The notes under the pieces: generated by a model | The model's input: only the letters and a program-made list of their open reading frames with translations | Told to the model about the DNA's origin: nothing | The model's database searches: none | Source: Bdellovibrionales bacterium | Lineage (GTDB): Bacteria > Bdellovibrionota > Bdellovibrionia > Bdellovibrionales > Bdellovibrionaceae | Reading direction: 5' to 3' | NCBI GenBank assembly: GCA_031370005.1 | Contig: JANMPT010000043.1 | Location: 32,001 to 96,000, forward strand | DNA: 64,000 nucleotides | Translations under genes and position numbers: made by a program | Shown: positions 30,476-40,354 of the stretch, piece by piece | Layout: each line of letters opens with the position of its first letter | Numbering within the stretch: position 1 is the first letter of the stretch

Positions 30476-33304
30476 CTAGTGTTTGTTTGCCTGGTTCTTA
30501 GAAGGCCAAAGCTCAGTCCAATGATTTGTTGTTTTGCCTGCATGTTGAGTTTGCTCTAAAGCTGTATCGCGAACGATAACTTGCTCCAAAGCGGTCTCAG
30601 CTAAGACCTTGCCACAAGCTTCTATGATGCTATCCCCGTCAATGCCATGGAAGGCATAGACTTCAGAAGGGCGACCACATTTTGAATGTTTTCTAACGGC
30701 GCAGGCCTCTTGCCTTACGCCAATGACAGAACCAAGGTTGTCTAATAAGCCAGCTTCGCCATCATGAACACTGACAATAGGCACGCGCTTGCCTGCAACT
30801 GTGATCAGGTCTCCGGCGGAAACCTCTTCGGATTTTCTTAAGTACAAGTCCGAGTTGATACCTAAATCGTGTTTCAAATAAGCATAGTCATTTTCGTGAG
30901 CGTGAATACCGGCAACAAGATCAGGTGAAGTTACTACGATCACATTGGCATAGATGCCATGACCGAGAAGAGTTTCTGAAGCCTTAATTCCCTCAGTAAC
31001 AAGAGAGCCCATTGCAAAGATATTCACGACGTTGTCTCCGGGCTCATAGCCTGCATAACCGCGGTAGTCGATCAGGTAATAAGCGCCCTGAAGGACTTCC
31101 TCTCGAACTTGGCGAAGAATTTGTGCGTCGTCTAAGCTTGCGGCTTCTTCCTCACTTGTCCCATTATTGACAGGAAATTCAGCGCGAGCCAGTTTTGTGT
31201 CCAAATCTTTTTTAAAACGAGCTTGTTTTTTTAAGTAGAACATCATGTCTTTTTGTTCAGCGCCGCGAGTGACAAGCCTAAGTAGAACTCCCGTCCGGCC
31301 TGCATTGTTGTTCATCACATGACGTTTGATTGCATCACATAAGATCCAATCTAGCTCCTGGCAGAAGAAGGGCTCCCAAGTGATTTGATTTGGAATTTGG
31401 ATATCGGACTTCCAACCATGCTGAGCTCCTTCCGGAGACAGAGTCACACCAGAGGGTGTGCCCACGCAAATAAAGGAACTCTTCCAGTAGAGATTGTAGA
31501 AATATTGATCCAAAGCGCGTTTGATGAAGAAGTCATAAACCGTCATTAAAGGAATGATGGGAACTCCAATTGTATCGCGTAGACGGCCAAAAGCACCCAC
31601 GCAAGACATGACGTTGCCCTCAGCAATTTCAAAACGGAGAAAACGATCTGTAACCTCTTCGCCAGGAATTAAATCTGGAAGTTTATGATCTTTCACGCCA
31701 AGTTCTGATTCTAAATCTTCAGCAACAACCGGGGCGCCAAATATTTTTCCATCCATTGCGGGATTCAGGTTTGTTGAGGTTCCGACGTCAGGCGCCATGG
31801 AGATAAAAAGTTCGCCAGGAAGTTTGAAGGCCTTTTCGGAGTCGGTCAGAGGCTTTTGTTTTTCTGCAAGCTTTGTTTCTTCGTAGGGTGTGTTTGAAAT
31901 CCGAGTCAGCTTTGCGGTTAGCTGACCGAGCATCCACTGTGTATGAGGATAACTGGTCATTTTCGTATTGATATCAAGAGACTCTGGCAGTTCGCCCCAT
32001 TGAGTTAACTTGTCTAAGAAAAACTTTTGGTTTTTATCTTTCAATGAATGTTGAGCTTTGATTTCATTCCAAAGCGTATCACTACGCTCTTTTAAGTATT
32101 TGGCTTCTGGGGTTGAGGCAGGGAAACGCTCAAACAAGTGGTCACCGACAATACCTTGTTTTGTTTTTAGTTCGGCTAACTCGTCTTCATGAGGAAGCTG
32201 TGAGTGATTTCCTGGTTGAGCTGCGCAACGAAGTCCCCAGCCTTTTAACGTGTGCACGATAATAATACTTGGGCGTCGTGTTGATTTCTTTGACTGCTCC
32301 ATTGCCTCTGCCAACAAGAGCATATCGTGGCCGCCGAAGTCACGAATCGCCTCGTATAGCTCCTGGTCAGAGACACTGTCGAAAAACTTCTTCATAGTTG
32401 GATATTCTTTGGCGATGCCTTTTTTCAAGGCCTTCATATCCTGAACGAGAAGCAGCGCTTGAAGTTGGTAATCTTCGAGCTCTTTTTCTAGGAAGTTTTT
32501 AAAAGTCTCGCCGCCGGGCTTTTTAAATAAAGCCAAACGTTTAGCTCCGTGACGGACTTGGATAACTTCCCAACCGTTAGCAGCCATGGTGCGCTCAATA
32601 CGATCGGCATCGGTGCCATTCATAATTTCAGGATTGGTGATGCGTTGGCCATCCAATGACTGACGATTGTAGTCCACGATCCAAGTTAAAGAGCCGAGCT
32701 CGCGTTCAGCAAAATCGGGAACCGCTTCATACATTGAACCTTCGCGGAACTCAGAGTCTCCACATATCGCCCAAAAGTGAGCATCAGGAACTTCATAGCC
32801 ATGCTCGCGCGCATAACGATAGGCCAAAGCCAAGTAACCCGCTTCCACTGGTGGAATGCCGACAGTGCCAGATGGGAAAAAGTTGTGATTATCAGAGTCG
32901 TAGGTGGAGTGATAAGACTGGAACACGGGTTCGCCATGGGAGTATTTGCGAAGTCCCATCATAGCCGTATTTGCGTCATCTAAGGAAAGTTTGCTCAAGT
33001 CTTGTTTCAAAAATAGATCAAGAAGATAGTTGTATGCGTGATCTGTCGGAGAGGCATGTGGCTTGTTGGCGATGTGATCAAAACCTGTTTTTACAATCAA
33101 ATGCAAAGCACCCATGATATGCAATGCACTTGCAGAAGCAGAGGCATGGCCGCCAACTTTAGGATCGCCCTTTTCTTTGTCCGTGCGATGATTGGCTTGG
33201 TAAATCATTTGAGTTGCTGAGTAATGGGCGCGGCGGGCGATGGATTCCAAAACTTCACGAGAATTAGTCTTCAGAGTCTGGTTTTTATCAGATGCTTTAC
33301 TCAC
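30476..33304 (-). CDS. aceE: Pyruvate dehydrogenase E1, homodimeric AceE-like
   Basis: KVGGH, QSYH, TPP motif GDSE...N, APDV, IAEGN and EGAQH. GTG start with AAGGAG RBS. Confidence 0.8.
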   Translation of the reverse strand: MSKASDKNQTLKTNSREVLESIARRAHYSATQMIYQANHRTDKEKGDPKVGGHASASASALHIMGALHLIVKTGFDHIANKPHASPTDHAYNYLLDLFLKQDLSKLSLDDANTAMMGLRKYSHGEPVFQSYHSTYDSDNHNFFPSGTVGIPPVEAGYLALAYRYAREHGYEVPDAHFWAICGDSEFREGSMYEAVPDFAERELGSLTWIVDYNRQSLDGQRITNPEIMNGTDADRIERTMAANGWEVIQVRHGAKRLALFKKPGGETFKNFLEKELEDYQLQALLLVQDMKALKKGIAKEYPTMKKFFDSVSDQELYEAIRDFGGHDMLLLAEAMEQSKKSTRRPSIIIVHTLKGWGLRCAAQPGNHSQLPHEDELAELKTKQGIVGDHLFERFPASTPEAKYLKERSDTLWNEIKAQHSLKDKNQKFFLDKLTQWGELPESLDINTKMTSYPHTQWMLGQLTAKLTRISNTPYEETKLAEKQKPLTDSEKAFKLPGELFISMAPDVGTSTNLNPAMDGKIFGAPVVAEDLESELGVKDHKLPDLIPGEEVTDRFLRFEIAEGNVMSCVGAFGRLRDTIGVPIIPLMTVYDFFIKRALDQYFYNLYWKSSFICVGTPSGVTLSPEGAQHGWKSDIQIPNQITWEPFFCQELDWILCDAIKRHVMNNNAGRTGVLLRLVTRGAEQKDMMFYLKKQARFKKDLDTKLARAEFPVNNGTSEEEAASLDDAQILRQVREEVLQGAYYLIDYRGYAGYEPGDNVVNIFAMGSLVTEGIKASETLLGHGIYANVIVVTSPDLVAGIHAHENDYAYLKHDLGINSDLYLRKSEEVSAGDLITVAGKRVPIVSVHDGEAGLLDNLGSVIGVRQEACAVRKHSKCGRPSEVYAFHGIDGDSIIEACGKVLAETALEQVIVRDTALEQTQHAGKTTNHWTELWPSKNQANKH

Positions 33305-33334
33305 GAGATATCTCCTTAAATAAGGAGATATCTC
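33305..33334. promoter_or_regulatory. Perfect 14-bp-arm inverted repeat covering the aceE Shine-Dalgarno
   Basis: GAGATATCTCCTTA-AA-TAAGGAGATATCTC directly abuts the start codon. Confidence 0.7.
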
Positions 33335-33382
33335 TAACATCAGCCAACCTCAGAACAAAGAGGCGGCGCAAGGCGTCGTAAG

Positions 33383-34270
33383 TTAGGTTTCTAGTACGAA
33401 ATCCCAGCGGATTTTGACGGTTCCATCGGTTTCAATGATGCCTTTTGGAGGGTTCGGGAAGGGTGCAGCGGCTTTAAAAGCTTCAATAGCTGCGTCATCA
33501 AGGTCACGAACGCCTGAGTCCGAAAGCACCTGGACATTCACAAGGGTGCCGGCAGAGTTCAGGACAATAAGAAGTTTTGTAATGCGGTCTTGGGCTGATG
33601 CGATTTTACGGCCCTGTTGGAACATGCTGGTCACTTTTTCGCGGACCTTGGGTTCCCAGAATTGAGAGAGCTGCTTACGGATGCGACTGTAATAGGTATA
33701 GTATTTGAACTCGCGTGTATTCAGCAAGGTCTCAATGCCCTGATCCACATCTTTCAGATAGTCATTTGTTTGGCTGATGTTTCCACCTTTTTGCGCAGCT
33801 TCAGCCTCTTGATTGGTCTTGGCCTCCTGCTTTTTAAAACCCATTGCCATCGGATCGTAGGCAGTAAGAAACTGGTTTAAGCTGGGCTGTGCCGATCTTT
33901 TGTTTTTTACGGATTTTCCTGCCTTGAGACTTTTGGTTTTTAGATTTTGAAATTCACCGTGATTTGCCGCCTGAGTTTGTTTTAGGACCTTTTGGTTGTG
34001 AGCGCTCAAGAAACGCGTATCCTCAAGCTTTTCTTGGTTTAGAGCTTTATCCTCTTGTTCAACAACCTGAGCGGTTTTTTCAATTTTAATCTTGGTTTTT
34101 TTTACAACAAAATTAGGTTTGTCCTCTGCCTTTTGGTCGAGGATTTCAATTGTTACAGCTCGAGACGGAGGAGGTGGCTTTGTAGCGAGCGAATAGATTG
34201 TCAGCCCCCCAAAAAAAATTAAGTGGAGAGCGAATGAAAGTAATAATGCTATAGAAAGAGAACGTTTCAT
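33383..34270 (-). CDS. TonB/TolA family energy transducer
   Basis: N-terminal TM with SxxxH; C-terminal SGxxxLDxAAxxAxxxAAPFPNPP. Confidence 0.85.
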   Translation of the reverse strand: MKRSLSIALLLSFALHLIFFGGLTIYSLATKPPPPSRAVTIEILDQKAEDKPNFVVKKTKIKIEKTAQVVEQEDKALNQEKLEDTRFLSAHNQKVLKQTQAANHGEFQNLKTKSLKAGKSVKNKRSAQPSLNQFLTAYDPMAMGFKKQEAKTNQEAEAAQKGGNISQTNDYLKDVDQGIETLLNTREFKYYTYYSRIRKQLSQFWEPKVREKVTSMFQQGRKIASAQDRITKLLIVLNSAGTLVNVQVLSDSGVRDLDDAAIEAFKAAAPFPNPPKGIIETDGTVKIRWDFVLET

Positions 34271-34362
34271 CAGCAAGCCTCGCCGAGTAAGCTATCGGTA
34301 TTAAGACACACAAAGTGAAGTTTTGGATTAAACAAGGTGAAAGAATTCGACGAGAGTCTAGT

Positions 34363-34391
34363 TTGACTCATTCAGAGCCACGAGTCACAAT
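34363..34391 (+). promoter_or_regulatory. sigma70 promoter, likely leaderless transcript
   Basis: TTGACT-N17-CACAAT, with ATG 7 nt downstream at 34399. Confidence 0.55.
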
Positions 34392-34398
34392 GGAACCA

Positions 34399-35124
34399 AT
34401 GGAAATAGACGCATGGTTTTTGACAGATAAGGGCCTTCGACGGGAGTCGAACCAAGACGCCTGTCTGATCAACAAAGATATTGGTGTGTACATTGTTGCA
34501 GATGGAATGGGTGGACACTCTGGTGGAGAGGTCGCTTCGGCTATTGCGGTGCAAACAATTGAAGACGTTATTAAAAGACCAGAGCTCAGAGAAATGGCTC
34601 CACGGGAAGTTTTAACTTACGCTTATGAAGAGGCCAGCCGCCGGGTTTATGATAAAGCGGCCAATGAAAATCCAGAGCTTGCGGGCATGGGTACAACAAT
34701 GGTGATGGCATATGTTCGCAATAAGCATATTTACATCGCCAATGTTGGTGATTCTCGATGCTATATGTTTAAGAAGCCCTATTTATGGCAGGTGACGGAG
34801 GATCATTCTTTATTGAATGAGCAAATTCGCGCCGGCGTTCTGAAAGAAGAAAATGCAGGCCAGTTTGTTGCTCGTAACGTAATCACTCGCAGCGTGGGCT
34901 ATGAGCGGGAAGTGCAACCAGATATTGTTGAGCGGGAAGTCACGCCTGGCGAATGCTACTTGCTTTGTTCAGATGGACTTTCAGGACTGGTTGCAGATCA
35001 AAAAATTTCACAGATTTTAAATCAGAATTCTCCTGACAAAGCCGTAAAAGCTTGCATAGATCAAGCTCTGGCAAACGGGGGAGACGACAACGTCACGGCA
35101 TTAATATTGTATTTTCATGAGTAG
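34399..35124 (+). CDS. PP2C-type Ser/Thr protein phosphatase (Stp1-like)
   Basis: NQD, VADGMGG, MGTT, NVGDSR, CSDGL and GGDDN motifs. Confidence 0.93.
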   Translation: MEIDAWFLTDKGLRRESNQDACLINKDIGVYIVADGMGGHSGGEVASAIAVQTIEDVIKRPELREMAPREVLTYAYEEASRRVYDKAANENPELAGMGTTMVMAYVRNKHIYIANVGDSRCYMFKKPYLWQVTEDHSLLNEQIRAGVLKEENAGQFVARNVITRSVGYEREVQPDIVEREVTPGECYLLCSDGLSGLVADQKISQILNQNSPDKAVKACIDQALANGGDDNVTALILYFHE

Positions 35125-35127
35125 GCA

Positions 35128-36141
35128 ATGAACAGTACTGGTAAAAAGACGACTTTTTTTATAGTGAGCAATCAAACGGGCCAAACCCGCAAGTTGGTGA
35201 TTTCATCCGTGTGGATGAAGGCGGCTAGTTTTATTGGCGCTGTTATTATTTTGGTTTTTGCTGCGGGAATGGTGGACTATTTCGGTTTGCTTTTACAGTC
35301 ATTGGAAAACAAGCACCTACGCAGCGAGAATGCCCAGTTGATTAAGCAATTCCAAGTAGTTGAAGGCAAGGTAAACTCCCTCGAAAACAGTCTTGAGCGC
35401 GTGAAGACATTCACTACGAAGTTGAAGCTCATCACCAATATTGATGCTGAAGATCGCGTGACGAAACTGTCCATGGGTCCAAAGCCTGCTCCAGGTCAAC
35501 AGGTTGAAGAGTACGAACCAATGGACCAAAGGTCATCGTCGGAGAGCGTAGCCCAGCAAGATGAAGTCTTTCAACAGTCTCCGCGTTTGAATGAAAACAA
35601 AGGTGAAGTGGCCGAGCAGCCGACTTCCTCGAAAGACTATGCCTCATTGGTTGTGCGTATTGATAAAGCAGTTCGCGAAACCCAACTCAAAGAGCAAAGT
35701 GTGATTGATCTTTGGGAGAGCTTATCTGAAAGACAGAGTTTGATCAATGCGACTCCTAATATCAAACCGGCCCACGGTTGGTTGACCTCTCGATTTGGTT
35801 ATCGTGTGTCACCATTTACTGGTAAGGCGACAATGCATGCGGGTCTTGATATTGCTGCGGCCCCAGGCTCTCCGATCTATGCTCCTGCGGATGGGGTTGT
35901 GAGTTACGCGGGTTACGATCAGGGCTACGGAAAGCTTGTAAGTATTGACCATGGCTATGGAGTAAGTACTCGTTTTGGCCACACGTCTCAGGTTTATGTT
36001 CAGGTTGGACAGAAGGTTTCAAAATGGGATGTGATCGCAGCGGTGGGGAATACCGGTCGCTCCACAGGGCCACACTTGCATTATGAGGTTCGCATCAATG
36101 GAACCCCTGTAGACCCCATCAATTTTATTTTGGATGAGTAA
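35128..36141 (+). CDS. M23 family peptidase with TM helix and coiled coil
   Basis: HAGLD and STGPHLHYEV motifs. Confidence 0.92.
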   Translation: MNSTGKKTTFFIVSNQTGQTRKLVISSVWMKAASFIGAVIILVFAAGMVDYFGLLLQSLENKHLRSENAQLIKQFQVVEGKVNSLENSLERVKTFTTKLKLITNIDAEDRVTKLSMGPKPAPGQQVEEYEPMDQRSSSESVAQQDEVFQQSPRLNENKGEVAEQPTSSKDYASLVVRIDKAVRETQLKEQSVIDLWESLSERQSLINATPNIKPAHGWLTSRFGYRVSPFTGKATMHAGLDIAAAPGSPIYAPADGVVSYAGYDQGYGKLVSIDHGYGVSTRFGHTSQVYVQVGQKVSKWDVIAAVGNTGRSTGPHLHYEVRINGTPVDPINFILDE

Positions 36142-37204
36142 TCCGCTCTGACCAGTAGAGCGCTTCAGGTCTGTTTTTCATCCAGTCATTTTCAAAATTA
36201 GAATTTGCAGAAGTAATCCCAGGCTGAAAGTGATGCAATAGAAAGCAACAAACTTGCTCTTTTGGCCCCCTCTGATTTTCATAAATTTCCTTTATTTGAC
36301 CAATGAAATCGGCGATTGTTTTGTTGATTTCATCGCGAGCAGTTTGGCTGACGGCCATCACTCGATAATCACTAAAATAGACTAACCCGGGCGGTCGTTC
36401 ATTTTCTTTTGCAGAAAGCGTGCTGCCAATTCGTTTTGCTAGTTTCTCAGTCCAATAATGTATCGGTTTCAAAATTTCTATAATTGGAAGATTTCCAATT
36501 TGAAATTTAGATTTAACCAGCTGATAAAGCTCATCATTCTTTTTGATGATTTTAAGCCGACAGAGATCCTCTATTGATTTGGTGACAACTTCATGATGGA
36601 TTGAAATCAACTCGGCCAACTCAGGAATCTGCTTATTTGAAAAAAGCCTAAATCTATCCAACTCAAGTGTGGTGAGAACAGTCAAGGCCCACGGAAATTG
36701 GGTGATGTATTTGAGCTGCAGGTCCTCGAGAGAATTAGGTTCGTCTGTCTGCTCAAATCCAGGATTTACCTCGTTCAGTCTTTTTAAAAAAAGATCAAGA
36801 AAGTCAGGAGTTAGGTCCATAATTTGAAAAATGCTTTCTAAACTAGGGTCTACTTCTCGAGAGAGCCATCTTCGCAAGGCAGAGGGATGTACTCGCAGTC
36901 TTCGAGCTACAATCGTTAGGTCGTTCAAACCTTGTGTCAGTAAAAACTGCTGAATGATCTCTGCCGCAGAGCTTGGATCAAAGCTCCTTAGGGCAAATTT
37001 TAAGCTGTAGTCGAGAGTTTTTTCTAACGGAAACCCGCTAATGGAGCATAATTTTACAAAATCCCGCCAACGAATTTTGCGCTGATTGGACTCCCACTTT
37101 GCGAATTGATTGTAGGAGTAACCAAGCTCTTTACTAATTTGAATTTGCGAACGAACTCCGCGGAGTTGTTTCAAAATTTTGGAAGTTATTTGTTCATACT
37201 CCAT
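36125..37204 (-). CDS. Multi-HTH regulator-like protein (TIGR02147/DUF4423-like)
   Basis: Two XRE-type HTH segments (SQIQISKELGYSYNQFAKWE; VARRLRVHPSALRRWL), a wHTH-like segment, and a DUF4423-like C-terminus. Confidence 0.6.
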   Translation of the reverse strand: MEYEQITSKILKQLRGVRSQIQISKELGYSYNQFAKWESNQRKIRWRDFVKLCSISGFPLEKTLDYSLKFALRSFDPSSAAEIIQQFLLTQGLNDLTIVARRLRVHPSALRRWLSREVDPSLESIFQIMDLTPDFLDLFLKRLNEVNPGFEQTDEPNSLEDLQLKYITQFPWALTVLTTLELDRFRLFSNKQIPELAELISIHHEVVTKSIEDLCRLKIIKKNDELYQLVKSKFQIGNLPIIEILKPIHYWTEKLAKRIGSTLSAKENERPPGLVYFSDYRVMAVSQTARDEINKTIADFIGQIKEIYENQRGPKEQVCCFLLHHFQPGITSANSNFENDWMKNRPEALYWSERITHPK

Positions 37205-37236
37205 CGAATTCTGATACCGTATTTTTATTGAAAGCG

Positions 37237-38313
37237 TTAATCTTTTAATGAGATCGCTTGAGTCAATTTTTTTAAGCCCGTGGTAAGCTCTGTTTGCGGG
37301 CGCCAGCCTAAGCATTTGAAAGTAAAGCTGTTATCTGATAAGGCATGACGGACGTCACCCAGACGAAATTGCGCACTAATTTGAAGATTATCTAATGAAG
37401 CGCCATATAAACTTAGCAGGTTCTTTGCGACAGAAAGTATTGTTGTACGCTGACCACTGCCGACATTCAAAATGATCCCATGGGGCAAATCCTGGGCTAT
37501 CGCCATCACAAGAGCATCAATAACGTCATCGATATAGACGAAATCTCTTCCGATATTTCCATCTTCAAAAATATTGAGCTTATTCCCAGTTAGAATTTGA
37601 CTTGAAAATATGGATAAAACGCCCGTGTAGGGATTTTTTAAGGACTGCCCAGGGCCATATACATTTTGAAATCTAAATACGATGGATTTCGCGTCTGATC
37701 CCATCAAATACTGATTTACAAGGTACTCCTGTTGAAGTTTCGTTGAGGCATAGATGGACACTGGCGAGACGGGGTCATCCTCCTTGCTTATATCCGGCTT
37801 AGAAAGCATTTCATTGTCAATACGTGGTAGGAATTGTCCGACTTTCAAATCTTCAAGGCTTCGATTTTTTGGGATAACTCTTTTAAAACTGCTTGTTAAC
37901 CAAGCGCCCTCACCATAGACAGCCCGTGAGGAGCTCAAAATTATTTTTGAAAAATGACGGCCGTGTTTTTTTAATGCATCTAAAAGAACCGCAGTTCCAA
38001 TGACATTGACTTCACTATAGCGAATGATCTCATCATGAGATTGGCCGGTACCAGTTTCGCTTGCCAAATGGATAACGAGCTCGGGATCAAACTCGACAAT
38101 TGCGCGGCGGACGTTTTCTGAGTCTGTAATGTTCGCCTTAAAAAAAGAAATGCGCTTGTTTTGGAGCTCTATGGGAATCTCAGCATTTAGTCCGTGAACC
38201 TGCGGGTGAAGATTGTCTATTATTGCAATTTCAAAATTATTTTCAGCGAGAAGTCTTTTTACTAATTTTGAACCTATGAATCCAGCGCCACCCGTTATGA
38301 GAATTCTCTTCAT
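37237..38313 (-). CDS. NAD-dependent NDP-sugar epimerase/dehydratase, WbiB-like
   Basis: TGGAGFIG, DNLHPQVHG, ASETGTGQS, SSRAVYGEG, YASTK and NVYGPGQ motifs. Confidence 0.85.
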   Translation of the reverse strand: MKRILITGGAGFIGSKLVKRLLAENNFEIAIIDNLHPQVHGLNAEIPIELQNKRISFFKANITDSENVRRAIVEFDPELVIHLASETGTGQSHDEIIRYSEVNVIGTAVLLDALKKHGRHFSKIILSSSRAVYGEGAWLTSSFKRVIPKNRSLEDLKVGQFLPRIDNEMLSKPDISKEDDPVSPVSIYASTKLQQEYLVNQYLMGSDAKSIVFRFQNVYGPGQSLKNPYTGVLSIFSSQILTGNKLNIFEDGNIGRDFVYIDDVIDALVMAIAQDLPHGIILNVGSGQRTTILSVAKNLLSLYGASLDNLQISAQFRLGDVRHALSDNSFTFKCLGWRPQTELTTGLKKLTQAISLKD

Positions 38314-38340
38314 GTTTAAGTGCCTCTCTGGGATGTTTTT

Positions 38341-39573
38341 TTAAACTGTCAAAAAGAAATTTTTCACCGCTATGGAAAATGTTTCTTTTGGATTATAAAC
38401 CTTTGTTTTTTTTGAGAAATTTAAGACATCATTATGTAATTTTTGATCATGAAGCGCCTTTGCAATGAGTCGACTTATCGCCTTAAGACTGAGGCCATCA
38501 GATCTAATTGAATAAGCTAGCATGTGTTTTTCTAAAGCTTGCATAAACAGGTGCTGATCTAAATTTGAAGGTATACCGAGAACGGGAATCGCCTTACTAA
38601 GGAAAAAATAGCCTTGAGCGCTGCCGCCATTAGTAATCGCCAAATCAACATATTTCGCCAGCTTTTCAAGCGGGGCAAAACATGCAGTAAAGAGATTTTT
38701 TCCTTTAAGACTGAGGATAGCTGTATCGTTTGAAAGAATGATCCATTGGTAAGGCAATTGTATTAAATCTGGAATAAGTTTCTTTAGTTTTGAGGACTGC
38801 CCAGAGGAGCCCATAGATAAATAGATGGTTGGAAGATCTATGTTTAGATTGTTCAGCCAGGACGGTTCGGGCGCATTAGGTACATAAGTAATGGGTCCAA
38901 TAAAGTTTGAAGAAAAATCTCGATAATTATCGAATAACTCCATGGGGTCGGGATGCAATAATACTGTACCAAAAGAGTAGAGATCTTTTAGACTCCCAAA
39001 GGGGGCTAAACCAAACTCAAGTCTGAGTCGGTTAAATGGAGCGAGATTTGCCCGCATTATCGTATCTTCCACCTTTATTTTATTTCCTATTAAATTAGAT
39101 AAGATGGAAATGAACTTATATCCGAAGAGTCGAACCAAAGGAATGTCTGGTATAGGATTTTTATGCGTGTATTCTGGGCTCCAGAATGCATTACTGATAT
39201 TAAATACGGGCAGTTTTCTTTCTGCGGCGCTGAGGCTTGCGCTTAAACGGAAATCAACAACCACAAGATCGGGCTTAATCAAATCGAAAGTTTTGAAATC
39301 TTCATTGACCTGAATTCGTATGCGTTTGTCATCATAGGGAAGTTTCCCTCTATGCAGTGAGGCCAAAAACTCTGATGTGGGCACTGTGGTTTCAAGATTT
39401 ATAAACTCAATTTTTTTAAACTCATTAATAATGGCAGCGGGCGTGTCTTTGGCGGCGATGGTAATATCAAACTTATCAGCAATCGATTCTGCCAATGGTA
39501 GCACGCGGATTAAGTGTGCAGCGCTGACGGCTTCAACTAGGAAAAGAATTTTTTTTCGTCCATACTCGCTCAT
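38341..39573 (-). CDS. GT1 (GT-B) glycosyltransferase, PGL/p-HBAD rhamnosyltransferase-like
   Basis: EAVSAAHLIR, PDLVVVDFR, NAFWSP, MGSSG, NGGS and SNLDQH resemble, from memory, the Rv2962c/Rv2958c family. Confidence 0.75.
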   Translation of the reverse strand: MSEYGRKKILFLVEAVSAAHLIRVLPLAESIADKFDITIAAKDTPAAIINEFKKIEFINLETTVPTSEFLASLHRGKLPYDDKRIRIQVNEDFKTFDLIKPDLVVVDFRLSASLSAAERKLPVFNISNAFWSPEYTHKNPIPDIPLVRLFGYKFISILSNLIGNKIKVEDTIMRANLAPFNRLRLEFGLAPFGSLKDLYSFGTVLLHPDPMELFDNYRDFSSNFIGPITYVPNAPEPSWLNNLNIDLPTIYLSMGSSGQSSKLKKLIPDLIQLPYQWIILSNDTAILSLKGKNLFTACFAPLEKLAKYVDLAITNGGSAQGYFFLSKAIPVLGIPSNLDQHLFMQALEKHMLAYSIRSDGLSLKAISRLIAKALHDQKLHNDVLNFSKKTKVYNPKETFSIAVKNFFLTV

Positions 39574-39780
39574 ACTTTAAGATGAGTAGCGAAATGTAAA
39601 AAAATGCCAATAAAAAATCTCAGATTACCCTAAAATATGGTTTTAAAAACAAAATTGGGTATATGGTGTCAGTTTGTCTGCATACTGTAAAAACTAACAT
39701 CCATCTGTAGCAAAACTAGTCACTTTTAATTCAATTTAGCCGTGAGTGCGGACTTAATTGCTTTTAGGCCCCTACATACC

Positions 39781-39796
39781 TGGCTCGACTCTTGAA
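39781..39796 (+). promoter_or_regulatory. sigma54-type promoter (GA variant at -12)
   Basis: TGGCTCGACTCTTGAA immediately upstream of 39809. Confidence 0.5.
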
Positions 39797-39808
39797 AGCT
39801 AAGTGTAT

Positions 39809-40354
39809 ATGATTAAGACAGCCTTAATTGCACTTACTTTAGTAACGGTTTCTCAGACGTCTTTTGCAAGCCTTAATATTGCAAATACTAAGCCTGTGAC
39901 TTTGCAAATATCTCAGGATATCGGCAAAATTACTCAGAAAGATGTCGAAAAAATTATTCCGATGGATCTTCAGCAAACGAATGATTTAAATCGCGTGGCC
40001 ACCCAAATTGCAGATCACAGTCTTCAGACTTGGTTTAACTCCGCAGAAGTTCAGGGCAGTGTTTTTGGTCAAACCGCGAACAGTGTTCAAAAGAAAATGG
40101 CTACAAACATCACTCTGAAATCCAATGCGCCACGCGCGATTGAGCACAAATTCTGCTTACAAGTACTAGCACTTCAGGCTATGGCCAAAGTTCAATACAC
40201 GGGTTGGCTAAATGCTGTTTTTAATTATGATGCAAAAGCAGCGGAATCTATGGTTGAGTTTTCCGAGAAAGTTTTTAACAAAGATTTATTTGTTAATCAT
40301 ACCAGTTCATCCAGAGGCAATATCAGCTCGGTTGGCATTAAGTGGGGCTGGTAG
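39809..40354 (+). CDS. Secreted hypothetical protein with C-terminal beta-strands ending in Trp
   Basis: Signal peptide (..TSFA/S) and terminal SSVGIKWGW resembling an OM beta-signal. Confidence 0.7.
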   Translation: MIKTALIALTLVTVSQTSFASLNIANTKPVTLQISQDIGKITQKDVEKIIPMDLQQTNDLNRVATQIADHSLQTWFNSAEVQGSVFGQTANSVQKKMATNITLKSNAPRAIEHKFCLQVLALQAMAKVQYTGWLNAVFNYDAKAAESMVEFSEKVFNKDLFVNHTSSSRGNISSVGIKWGW

